This document shows positions 1 to 11,269 of a DNA stretch of 64,000 nucleotides, piece by piece (within the stretch, counting starts at the first letter, position 1; every line of letters starts with the position of its first letter). The position numbers and the translations under genes were made by a program. The notes below the pieces were generated by a model. The model saw only the letters and a list, made by a program, of their open reading frames with translations, did no database searches and was not told the DNA's origin. Origin of the DNA: Lama guanicoe (Eukaryota); assembly GCA_013239625.1 (NCBI GenBank), contig MU053493.1, forward strand, positions 815,793 through 879,792. Reading direction: 5' to 3'.

Positions 1-121
1 AGAAAGGAATGTGACAGTGAATGTATATGTGTTCATGTATAATTGAATAATTGTGCTCTACACTGGAATTTGACACAACACTTAAAATGATTATAAATCA
101 ATAAAAAAAGTTAAAAAGATA
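1..121 (+). mobile_element. 3' end (3'UTR and A-tail) of a young camelid-type L1
   Basis: Reverse complement matches the 3' ends at 12154, 25341 and 38546 (tgtgacagtgaatgtatatgt...gacacaacac...aatcaataaaaaaa). Confidence 0.85.
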
Positions 122-270
122 AATAAGCCTAAAGAAAGCCCAGGGGAGAAAATAACACAAATTAGAATATAAATCAATACAATTTAAATTAGGAAAACAA
201 TAGAAATTCAACAAAACCAAAAATTGGTTCTTCACATGCATCAGTGAAATTGATAGATCTGTAGCCAAGC
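122..270 (+). mobile_element. Old L1 ORF2 fragment
   Basis: A-rich 'aacaaaaccaaaaattggttcttc...gaaattgatagatc' resembles L1 ORF2 downstream of the endonuclease domain. Confidence 0.55.
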
Positions 271-715
271 ACAAGAGGGAGGGAGAGAGAGAGAGATGGA
301 AAACACAACATCTGATACTTGAATTCTGTTTGTGGCATTGCCCTCAAATGGTCATGCATTCTCTGTAATATATTTGACTTACACATTTCATGTTCTGGTC
401 ATAAGGTGTTAAGGAAGAGTCTGATGAAGGGTCACAAATTTTGATGATTAATTATATCATGGCCTCTGACCTGCTAAACATTCTCTACCATGAGGAATAA
501 CACACACCAAACTCCATGACAAACAGTCCCCTAACCCATACTAATGGTCCATGGATCTAGTATCTTGATTATCTCCAAGGTTTTCATTGCTCTTTCTTTT
601 TTGCCAACTGCTTGATCACTTTAATGTTGTAATCCTTTAGATCATTGCTATTTCTTGTTTGTCCTTATATAAAAATCATCTATCGATGATTAATATATGA
701 CCAATGATAGACAGT

Positions 716-772
<57 letters not shown>

Positions 773-773
773 A
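716..773. repeat. (TAGA)n microsatellite
   Basis: About 13 tandem taga units seen directly. Confidence 0.97.
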
Positions 774-2883
774 AATAGATAACCAGTCTTCTATTACCTT
801 GGATAAATTTAATCTGTCCATTTTAGCTCAGTGTAGAGCAGTCCTCATTCCTCAATCTTACCCCACTGCCCACTACAATCTCCCAATGTGTCCTAGCCTA
901 ATGCTGAGACGTCTTTTTTTATAACCACTTTTTGTTGTGCAAATATATAATGTACTATTTTACATAAATTGCTGTTAGAATCTATTAAATCTAATTATTA
1001 TTCTTTGGACACACTATGTATTGCACAAACCAATCCTAGGTTCAAGATTTTTCCCTTTCTCTGTCAGCAAAGTCTTCTGAAAATGTCAGTTATTGTTTAA
1101 GGGTTATAATTTCACCCACATCGATGAAGTTTTCATTTCAGGTCTGGAAGAAAAGAGAGATTTTGGCATTTACTCTGTTCATTCAGCACTTATATCTTTT
1201 TTTTGTTTTAATTGAAGTACAGCTGGTTACAATGTGTCAATTTCTGATATACAACACAATGTCCCAGTCATGCATATACATAAAAATTCATTTTCATATT
1301 CTTTTTCATTAAATGTTATTACAAGATATTGAACATAATTCCCTATGATATACAGAAGAAACTTTTAAAATCTATTTTTATATATAATGGCTAACATTTA
1401 TAAATCTCAAACTCCCAAATTTATCTCTTCCTACACCATTTTCCCAGTAACTATAAGATTGTTTACTATGTCTGCAAGTCTATTCCTGTTTTGTAGATGA
1501 GTTCATAGTGTCCTTTATTTTTCTTTATTCTTTCAGGTTCCACATATGAGTGATATCATATGGTATTTTTCTTTTTCTTTCTGGCTTACTTCACTTAGAA
1601 TGATGATCTCTATGTCCATTCATGTTGCTGCAAATGGCATTATTATATTCTTTTTTATGGCCAAGTAGTATTCTGTGGTATAAATATAGCACATCTTTAT
1701 CCAGTTATCTGTTGAAGGACATTTAGGTTGTTTCCATGTCTTGGCTAGTGTAAATAGTGCTGCTGTGAGCACTGGGGTGCATGTATCTTTTCAAATTAGA
1801 ATTTCCTCTGGATATATGCCCAGGAGGGGGGATAGCTGAATCATATGGTAAGTCTATTTTTAGTTTTTTGAGGAATCTCCATACTGTTTTCCATAAAGGC
1901 TGCACCAAACTACATTCCTATTGGCAGTGTAGGAGGGCTTCCTTTTCTCCACATCCTCTCCAGCATTTATTATTTATAGACTTTTCAATGATGGCCATTC
2001 TGACTGATGTGCAGTGATACCTCATTGTAGTTTTGATTTGCATTTCTCTGATAATTAGCGATACTGGGCATTTTTTCATGTGCCTATTGAATATTTGTAT
2101 GTCTTCATTGGAGAATTTCTTGTTTAGGTCTTTTGCCCATTTTTGGATTGGGTTGCTTGTTTTTTTCTCATTAAGTTGTATAAGCTATTTACATATTCTG
2201 GAAATTAAGCCTTTGTCAGTCACATCATTTGCAAATATTTTCTCCCATTCTATAAGTTGTCATTTGTTTTGCTTATGGTTCCTTTTGCTGTGCAAAAGCT
2301 TATAAGTTTAATTAGGTCCCATTTGTTTACTTTTTCTCCTATTTCTATTGCCTGAGTAGACTGCTCTAGACCAGCATTGGTAAGATTTATGTCAGAGTAT
2401 GTTTTGCCTATGTTTTCTTCTAGGAGATTTATTGTTTCTTGTCTTATATTTAAGTCTTCAAGCCATTTTGAGTCTACTTTTGTGTATGATGTGAGGGAGT
2501 GCTCTAAGTTCATTGATTTACATGCTACTATCCAGTTTTTCCAACACCACTTGCTAAAGAGACTGTCTTTTATCCATTGTATATTCTTGTCTCCTTTGTC
2601 AAAGAGTAATTGACCATAGGCCTGTGGGTTTATTTCTGGGCTCTCTATTCTGTTCCATTGATCCATGTCTTATGTCTGTTTTTATGCCAATACCATGCTG
2701 CTTTGATTTCCGTAGTTCTGTCGTATTGTTTGAAGTCTGAGAGAGTTATTCCTTCAGCTTCATTCTTTTTCTTCAATATTGCTTTGGCAATTCTGGGTCT
2801 TTTGTGATTCCATATAAATTTTAGGACTGTTTGTTCTAGTTCTGTAAAATATGTCCTCAGTAATTTGATGGGGATCACATTAT

Positions 2884-3262
2884 TGTGAGCTGGCTTTGAG
2901 ATGAGTTAAGGCTGTGGGACCCAAGGCCATGATCAGAGCATGTTTGTAGTATGCAGTATATAATTGCTGTACACATGTGTCAATTATATAAGATTTAGAA
3001 CAAAGAAAATAGAAGTACACATATGCTAGAGATAATCTGTTAGCCTAATGAAGTAAGAAATTCACATTGTGCATGTGCTGGCAGAGATAAATAGCAGGGC
3101 AAGTGCATCATATGTGTGCATACCTCCCTGTGGCAATAAAGTGTTGTTAACCCCATAGTGTCTCTGGCTGAAGTCTGTCAGGTGATATGGCAACTCCTCG
3201 TGCATTTTTTCACTTGGGCTGCTTGTCTCCTAGAACCCCACATGAGCCTCCCTCTGTTGACA
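2884..3262 (+). repeat. 5' LTR of ERV #1
   Basis: Starts TG(tgagctgg) and ends (gttga)CA; AATAAA at ~3136; direct repeat of 8673-9054. Confidence 0.95.
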
Positions 3263-3264
3263 CT

Positions 3265-3282
3265 TGGCATTGTGAGCAGGAC
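3265..3282 (+). promoter_or_regulatory. Primer-binding site, tRNA-Ser(CGA)-like
   Basis: TGGCATTGTGAGCAGGAC lies 2 nt after the LTR. It matches 15/18 to the complement of the tRNA-Ser(CGA) 3' end as I recall it (TGGCGCTGTGAGCAGGAT). A GAG|GTGAGT donor-like site follows at 3286. Confidence 0.75.
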
Positions 3283-3330
3283 GAGGTGAGTGCCCCTTCT
3301 GAACACCTTGCCCCTGACAGGGTTGCTCTA

Positions 3331-4698
3331 ATGGAAGCAAAGTGGCCCCCTACCTCTGTATGGTACCTGGTGGCAGCCTATTTGCTGACATGGGCTCAGC
3401 CTGAGGATTGGGACACAGTGGCGCCCTGGCCAGATGACGTCTGGAGGGTGTTGGAGCTGTTAGAAAATAATGTCCCACTAGCCCACTGATAGGCAGCCTG
3501 GAGGGTGGCCTGGATGTTCTTATCTGTTTTATGGCATGCTAGCCAAGACATGAGAGATTTACAGATGCAAGTGGAGGAGTTGCAGTGCAGAGAAGAGGAG
3601 CTCAATCAGAGACCCAGCATGGCAGAAAGATGTCTGCATGGTCCTAGCTCTGCTGCCTCTGAGAGCAGCTATGCCTGTGTAGCTCTGGTCCCACTGCCCC
3701 TTAGAGCAGTAAGCCCGCCCCTCCCTCCATTCCACTGTGTCTACAGCCCGTGGTGAGGCAGCCGGTGGAAATGGAGGAGCCCATGGCTCAGGGGGGTAGT
3801 TCCTATGGAACCACGCCAAGTGACATGACAAACCATCTATACGTCTTACACATCAACAGAGTTGAGAGACCTGGCAAAGCAATGCAAGCAGCGTATGGGT
3901 GAGTCAATCCCCACATGGCTACTGCGGCTTTGGGATGATCGGGCTGACCAGACTGAGCTATCTCTGAAGGAGGTGGGTCAGCTGACCAGCATAACAACCA
4001 TCCCCTCGCTGCAGCAGAGGCTTCAAACTATTCCCTAGTCTAATGTTGATGTGGGCAACCATATGTGGATAAGCTGGTTAATGGCTGCTGTACTCACTGT
4101 GTGGGAAAGTGGAGGGGATTTGCCTGAACACGTGAATAAATGGACCATGTGTTTGGACTTAGCACAAGTTGTCTGAGAAATGTGCACACCAGTTGATGTT
4201 TGTTTTGCATTTCCATAGTCCAGATGATGAGCTCCTTACAGCTCAAATGAAAGATTTGATTTTGGCTAATGGCCCAATGGGAACGTTTGGGACTATGGTG
4301 GCACTACTAACACCATATGTAGACCACCCCATACATGAAGTAACTGAGGCTCTGGCTCATCTCAGGGACATAGAGGTGTGCTGAAAGGGGGTGCATATTA
4401 CCAAGACTCAAGGTGAATCCAAGACACCCTCCTCCCGTGCAGTGATTCAGAAAGGAAAGTCCACACATAGGAGGAAAGAGGAGACTGTCCCAATTTTAGG
4501 AAGACCCCAAAAGCTAGATTGCCAGCAGATATGGTGTGCTTTACTGGCAGCTGGGTTGGACTGTGTAAAATTAGATGGCCATCCACTGGAGGTGCTGATG
4601 GCCTTATGGAAGAAATTACAGCCTGAGCAACAATATACTCCACTGCCAACCTCCATCAGGCCCGAGAGGTGACCTTTGCTGATTTCCTCCCAGACTAG
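3331..4698 (+). pseudogene. gag: ERV #1 gag, disrupted
   Basis: MEAKWPPTSVWYLVAA...; YTSTELRDLAKQCKQRMGESIPTWLLRLWD; no CCHC knuckle seen; multiple stops and frameshifts; ends at TAG 4696-4698. Confidence 0.8.
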
Positions 4699-5060
4699 GA
4701 GGAAGGCCAAGGTGTTCAGGATGTGGGGCACCCTGACGGCTGGCGGCCACATGTTGAACTGACTATCCACTGGTCCCCCATGAATAAACAGTGAGTACTG
4801 GCACTACTAGACACAGGAGCTGAAATTACATTTGTGCATGGACATCTGGAGTGTTTGGGGGGACCATGGGTTGATATAGAAGGATATGGAAACAAGCAAA
4901 TGTGTGTTAAATGAGTGACTCTGATTTTGGGCATTGGCCATCTGCCCCCTGCTGCATATGAAGTGCATATATCCCCAGTAGCTGAGTACATTCTGGGGAT
5001 AGACATTTTACAATATTGCAAATACAGATGACTCAAGGGGAATTTCGCTTGAGAGTTTGC
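4699..5060 (+). pseudogene. pro: ERV #1 protease, disrupted
   Basis: RPHVELTIHWS...ALLDTGA (4801-4821)...YILGID. Confidence 0.85.
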
Positions 5061-7461
5061 GTGGTGAAAACTGTTACATAGGGGCATCCTCATCATGCAC
5101 CTTTGATTTTGCCACAGGCCACATTAGTGTTGAATGTCTGGCAATATCAATTGCCCAGAGGCCATGAGGAAATAGAACAGATTATTCTGAAGCTTGAGGA
5201 AGCTGGTAAAATTCAGGGTACTCATAGCTCATATAACTCTCCACTGTGGCCAGTGCAGAAGCCAGATGGCTGCCAGAGGATGACAGTGGACTATCGGGAA
5301 CTGAACAAAGTCACTCCCCCCATGCACACAGCTGTGCCAAATATAAGCAGATTTGAGGGACCAGCTGTCCCATGAACTGGGTACTTGTCACTATGTGGTT
5401 GACCTGGCTAATGCATTCTCTATAGATACAGCCCCTGAGAACCAAGAACAGTTTGCCTTCACCTGGGAAGGCAGACAATGGACATTTGTTGTGTTGCCAC
5501 AGGGATATCTGCACAGCCCCACACTGTGCCATGGCCTGGTGGCCCAGGACCTGGCTACGTGGAGCAAACTGAATACTGTTCATTTGTTCCATTATACAGA
5601 TGACATAATGCTAATCTCTGATTCTCTTTCAGATTTGGAAACCAGTGCCACAGCGCTGTGAGAAGCCCTGGTGGGCTGGGGTTGGGCTGTGAATGAGGAC
5701 AGAGTGCAAGGACCAGGATATTCCATCGAATTCTTGGGTGTTGTCTGGTCGGGTAAGACAAAAGTGCTGCCTAAAGCAGTAATAGACAAAATCCAGGCAT
5801 ATTCCTGCCCTGAAACAGTTAAACAGTTATGGACTTATTTAAGTCTTCTGGGATACTGACAGGTGTTTATTCCTCATTTGACCCAAATAGCCAAACCCCT
5901 ATATAAACTGATTAAAAAGGGAGAAGTCTGAAATTGGTCTGATGAGACCAAATGTGCATTTATTGAAACTAAGAGAGCAGTGACCCAAGTGCAAGCGCTG
6001 TGCATTGTAGATCCAGACCTCCCTTTCTGGTTAACAGTCCATGTGGTCAATGATAGATATGGCTGGAGCTTCTGGCAAAAACGTGGGAAATGGAAAGTGC
6101 CCGTAGGATTCTGGTTTCAGTTGGGGAAAGGGGCTGTATATTGTTATTCTTTGACTGAGAAACAATTGCTAGCAACTTATTCATCCTTGATTGCCATTGA
6201 ACCCCTGATGGAGAGGCAAGAGGTACAAGTGAAGATCACATACCCTATTGCAGGATGGGCACAGACATGGGCAAAGCAACCCTGATCAGGAACTGCCCAA
6301 ACCCCAACTCTGATGAAGTGGGGTACTTATTTGTAACAGAGAGCCCAGTACACTGCTAGCCCCTTGACTGCAGAGTTGTAGCAGGTGTTAGGGCCTGTGA
6401 GATTTGCTGCACCTGCCATGAGATATTCCCACAACAATGGGTGGACCCTGTGCCCAGTCCCTTTTGTGAAGGGAAAGAGCCATCCCCAGGAACTGCTTGG
6501 TATACAGATGGATCTTGTAAGGGTGATCTGCCCACTTGGGTTGCAGTAGCACTGCACCTGGCCACTGAGGCCTTCTGGTATGGGACAGGAGAAGGACAAT
6601 CCAGCCAATGGGCTGAGTTATGGGCAATATGGATGGCATTAATGTATAAACACATGCCCTGACTCTGTAACAGTACTTAAAAGGCAGGGGAACCTGCCCC
6701 ACTCTATGATACAGGGACCCCTTTTACTGCCCAACAGACCCAGGAATGGACCAAGGAAAATGATATTAATTGCATGTGTCTTACTGTCCTCAAGCATCAG
6801 GGATGATTGAATCGTACAATGGCCTATTAAAGGACAAACTTAGGGCTGTCAAACCACAAGGGTGAGGCTGGAACAATGTCTTGCCACAGGTGGTACATCT
6901 TTTGAATAAACAACCTCGCCATACAGGTATGAGCCCACTGGAAAAGTTATTGCAAGGGACTATTCTGAGGTTCAGAATCGGGCCCATGTAGGGTGCTTCC
7001 AATATCTCAATAGTGGGACACGTGTTAATATTACATGCCCCCAGGGTATTGAACTAGGGAAAACAGCACACCTGAACATGAAAGAATCAGGTCCAGACTG
7101 AAGGCTGCTGGCTAGCCCTTTTGGAACCATGGGGTGACAGGCTAAAGAAAGCCCTGCAAGTAACCCCATGAATCAGGGAATGGCCTTTTGATGTACAGGT
7201 TACCCTAGGGAAAAGAGGATTGTCCCTACTTAAAGGAGCAGAAGCCCTATGGATTTGGGAAATTCAACTGATAGCTTCTGAAGCTCTCCCAGATTATAAC
7301 CAACCTAGTGTGAGCAGATTGGTGTGGTACCACCACCCAGGGAGAACAGCTCTTCCTGCCACTGTACTCTCACAAGATGAGAATGTGACTTGCATCCTTC
7401 CATAAGGGAGGGATTTGCCAATCATGGTGTCCACCTCTGCTCTGTCCTTCCATCCAGACTA
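5061..7461 (+). pseudogene. pol: ERV #1 pol (RT, RNase H, partial integrase), disrupted, with an internal deletion near 6660-6700
   Basis: YNSPLWPVQKPDG, VDYRELNK, VDLANAF, LPQGYLHSP, HYTDD (5590-5604), WYTDGSC, SSQWAEL, QGTPFT, PQASGMIESYNGLLK. Confidence 0.9.
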
Positions 7462-8384
7462 ACAGCAAATATGTTCTCCTGGGCACACACATTTGCACGA
7501 GTCCACAACGTCTCTCACTGTTGGATCTGTACTGAACTTCCCATAGATGCAGGAGATGGACTGCCGTGGCACCTCCACCCTGCATTCAGAGCTAAATGGA
7601 GCACGTTGGTTTGATGAAACGCCAGCAGGATAGTGAGATCGCCCTGGGACTGGTGGTTGCAGACTATTGAAGAGATACTCTGATGTGAGTGGGGCAATGC
7701 CCCCCTCAATTGGAAGGACCGTATGGAATGGGTGAGGATGGATGAATAGTGTTTATGTAAAAGAGACAAATTTAAGCCCTCTCTGTATTGAGCAGTGGTT
7801 TGAACACGAGGCTCAAAACCACACAGTAGGGTGGCTCCCAGAAGAACTATGTGCCAAAATTACTTATAATTATCATAAATGCCTCCACCTGGTGGGATGG
7901 ACTACCTCTAATTGGCACAAAACCCACTGATTTCTTGCCACCAGGGTACCTGTGGGTATGTGGCACCCATGGATGGTCTTAACTCCCAGCTAAATGAACA
8001 GGGCACTGTACTTGGGGTAGAGCTTACTTGCCCAGAGATATCTGGCCCACTTTAACAGAGTGCCCCACAAACTTGGACCCACTGCACAGCCAGTGGCACC
8101 AGGGGAAGCGTGCAGCTTGGTGGTTTTATCCCATGGTCCTGTTCCTGCCTGGTGCTTGGACCATCAGTGTTGAATTGCAGGTAAAATCTTTGACTCAGCA
8201 CATATCAGCTGTACTGAATGTTACTAGAAGAGCTATAGAGGAATTAGATGAGGCTACCCAGATGTAAAAGGTGTTCTTACAAAATAGAATGGCATTAGAT
8301 ATTCTCATTGCAAGCCAGGGTGGCACATGTCCTATGTTGCATATTGAATGTTGTGTGTATGTGTGGAGATATATATATATACAC

Positions 8385-8418
<34 letters not shown>

Positions 8419-8663
8419 CAGACGACCAGAAGGAAGTAGCTAAGGTATTGCATGAAATAGATCAGGAATTGGATCTCATAGATCTTGTAACTCAAGACTC
8501 TCTTAAGAATTGGTGGTCATCCTTGTCTTCCTCCTGGAGATGGAGCCTAACTGTCTTGGCTATTGTAGCTGCTAGTGTATTGGCAGGATGCTGTACTCTG
8601 TATAGTTGTTGTGGTCTTTGGGCACAAAGCTCCACCCTGTGGACCAGGGTCCCCATGACCTAG
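7458..8663 (+). pseudogene. env: ERV #1 gamma-type env (SU and TM), disrupted
   Basis: CWIC (7518), furin-like QGKR (8100-8111) then AAWWFYP, ISD LQNRMALDIL, CPMLHIECC, hydrophobic anchor. Stops at 7612, 7928 and 8265. Confidence 0.9.
8368..8419. repeat. (AT)n(AC)n microsatellite inside env TM
   Basis: Seen directly; translates as YIYIHTHIYTHTHTHT. Confidence 0.95.
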
Positions 8664-8672
8664 GGGATGGAA
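8662..8672 (+). promoter_or_regulatory. Polypurine tract of ERV #1
   Basis: aggggatggaa immediately before the 3' LTR TG. Confidence 0.85.
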
Positions 8673-9054
8673 TGTGAGCTGGCCTTGAGATGCATTAAGG
8701 TTGTGGGACCCAAGGCCATGATCAGAGCATGTTCATAGTATGCAGTATATAATTGCTGTATGCATGCATCAATTATATAAGATTTAGAACAAAGAAAATA
8801 GAAGTATACATGTGCTAGAGATATTCTGTAAGCCTAATGAACAAAGAAACTCACATTGCGCATGTGCTGGCAGGGAACAGATAAAAAGCAGGACAGATGC
8901 ATCATAGGTGAGTGCACCTCCCTGTGGCAATAAAGTGTTGTTAACCCCATAGTGTCTCCGGCTAAAGTCTGTCTGGTAGTATGGCAACTCCTTGTGCATA
9001 TTTTTGTTTGGGCTGCTCACCTCCTAGAACCCCACGTCAGCCTCCCTCGGCTGA
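8673..9054 (+). repeat. 3' LTR of ERV #1
   Basis: Direct repeat of 2884-3262 at roughly 85-90% identity by eye; terminal CA absent. Confidence 0.95.
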
Positions 9055-9149
9055 TGAATATGTAGGTTACCTTGAGCAGTATGGCCAAGCACTTACATCT
9101 TAAATACATGTTAATAATAAAATGATTAAAATTAGATAAAATAAAAATG

Positions 9150-11106
9150 AAATGTAAAAATGCCTAGACACTTGCAAAGATAAAATACTTGACTATACAT
9201 CTAACAGAATATGTGAAATATCTATATGAGGAAAACTACTGAACTCTGATGAATGAAATTGAAGAACTAAAAAAAAAATGGAGGGATATCCTATGCTCAT
9301 GGATAGGGAGACTAAATAATGTCAAGATGTCAGTTCTTCCCAGATTGGTATATAGATTCCATATAATCCCAATAAAAAGATCATCACATTATTTTATGGA
9401 TATCAACAAACTATTTCTAAGGATTATACAGAGAGGTGAAGATCCAGAATTGTCAACACAGTATTGAAGGAGAAGAACAAAGTCAGAAGACCAATGGGGC
9501 CTGACTTCAAACCTGTGTAGCAGCAGTAACCTAGACAGTGTGGTGCTGGTGGAAAAACAGACAACATAGATCAATGGAATAGAACAGAAAGCCCAGAAAG
9601 AGGTCCTCATAAACAGATCAACTGATCTCTGACAAAGAGACAAAGGACATGCCATGAAACAAAGATAGTCTCTTCAATAATGGTGCTGGGACAACTGGAC
9701 ATCCAAACACGTAAAGAAAATGTAAAGAATATAGACACAGACCTTACATGTCTCATAAACAGTAACTCAAAATGGACCATTGACCTAAATGTAAAATGCA
9801 AATCCATAAAATTCCCTAAGATAACAGGAGAAAATCTAAGGGATGTTAGGTATGGTGATGCATTTTTAGATACAACACCAAAGACATAATCCATGAAAGA
9901 AATTATTGATAAGCTGGGTTTCATTAAAATTTAAAAACTTCAACACTGACAAGGACAGTGTCAAGAGAATGAGAAGACAAGCCACAGACTAGGAGAAAAT
10001 GTTTGAAAAAGACATAACTGGTAAATGACTGTTAGCCAAAATATAGAAAGAACACTTAAACCCCAGCAATAAGAAAACAAACAACCTGATTGAAAAGTGG
10101 GCCAAAGACTTTAATAGGCACCTCACCAAAGAAGATACACAGATGACAAATAAGCATATGAAAAGGTGCCCCACATCCTATGTCATTAGGGAATTGCAAA
10201 TTAAAACAGCCAGATACCACCACACACCTATTAGATGGTCAACATCCACAACACTGACAACACCAAATGCTGGCAAGGATGTGGAGCAACAGGAACTCCA
10301 AAAAATGGTATAGCCACTTTGGAAGACAATTTGGTCATTTCCTACAAAACTAAAGATACTCTGATCATAGGATCCAGCAATCACACTCCTTGGTGTTTAA
10401 CCTCAAAAGTTGAAAATTTATGTCCACACAGAAACCTAGACATGGATGTTCACAGCAGCTTTATTCATAATTGCTAAAACTTTGAAACAACCAAATGTCC
10501 ATCAGTAAGTGAATGAATAAATAAACTACTGTACATCCAGACAATGAAATTTTATTCAGTGCAAAAAAAAAAAAAAGACCTCTCAAGCCATGCAAAGACA
10601 TGGGTGAATCTTAAATACATATAATTAAATGAAAGAAGCCAATCTGAAAAGGCTCTGTACTGTGAGATTCCAACTCTATGGCATTGTGGAAAGGCAAAAT
10701 CATGGAAACAGTAAAAGGGTTAGTGGTTACTGAGAGAGTGGGGGAGGGGTAAATATGCATAGCACAGAGGATTTATAGGGCTGTGAGAATACTCTGAATA
10801 ATATTATAGTGATGGATACATGTCATACATTTGCCCAAACCTATAGAATATGCAACATCAAGAATGAATCTTAAGGTAAACTGTGGACTTTAGGTGATTA
10901 TAATTTGTCAATGAAGGTTCATCCTTGGTTAAAAAATTAAAATTTCATTTTGGTGAGTAATGTTGACAATGGGGAAGGGTATTCATGTGTAGGGGCAGAG
11001 AGGTATATGGGAATTCTCTATACTTCCTTCTTAGTTTTGTTGTAAACCTTAAACTGCTCCAAAAAAAATAAAGTATTTTTTAAAAAAGAACCAAAAAAAA
11101 AAAAAA
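9150..11106 (+). mobile_element. Old eutherian L1 (L1MC1-like 3' end), ORF2 C-terminus to polyA
   Basis: KWRDILCSWIGRLNNVKMSVLP; 3'UTR 'gatggatacatgtcatacatttgcccaaacctatagaat...aaactgctcc...aataaagt'. Confidence 0.85.
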
Positions 11107-11269
11107 GCTTAGACAGCTAATGTAAAATTATCTAGGTTAAAAGGTAACCGGCTTTATGTAAATCCATGTTTGGTATGTCAACATTTCATTCTAAAATCTT
11201 AATTTAACTTTATAATTATGGCTTGTCAAATGCACAAATGTGACTTTAAAAATTATTCTGTATATTATT

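Larger units (their letters stand above)
2884..9054 (+). mobile_element. Class III (ERV-S-like) endogenous provirus LTR-gag-pro-pol-env-LTR, decayed
   Basis: Paired LTRs, Ser PBS, PPT, ERV-L-like RT (LPQGYLHSP...HYTDD), gamma-type env (CWIC; LQNRMALDIL; CX6CC). Confidence 0.93.
1199..9087 (-). mobile_element. 5'-truncated L1 (3'UTR and ORF2 C-terminus) split by the ERV at 2884-9054
   Basis: PolyT at ~1197; ORF2 peptides [13 protein letters not shown] and [16 protein letters not shown]1 text 'gggatcacat|tgaatatgtagg' resumes after the ERV. TSD agcacttatatctt (1185-1198) / agcacttacatctt (9088-9101) with a TCTT/AA endonuclease-like site. Confidence 0.9.

Noticed and set aside
6960..7400. dUTPase after integrase, as in ERV-L
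   Set aside because: No recognisable dUTPase motifs in either provirus; an HMM search would be needed to exclude a relic.
7458..8663. Syncytin-like domesticated env
   Set aside because: SU has stops (7612, 7928), frameshifts and a degenerate furin site, and TM has a stop at 8265; no full-length ORF.
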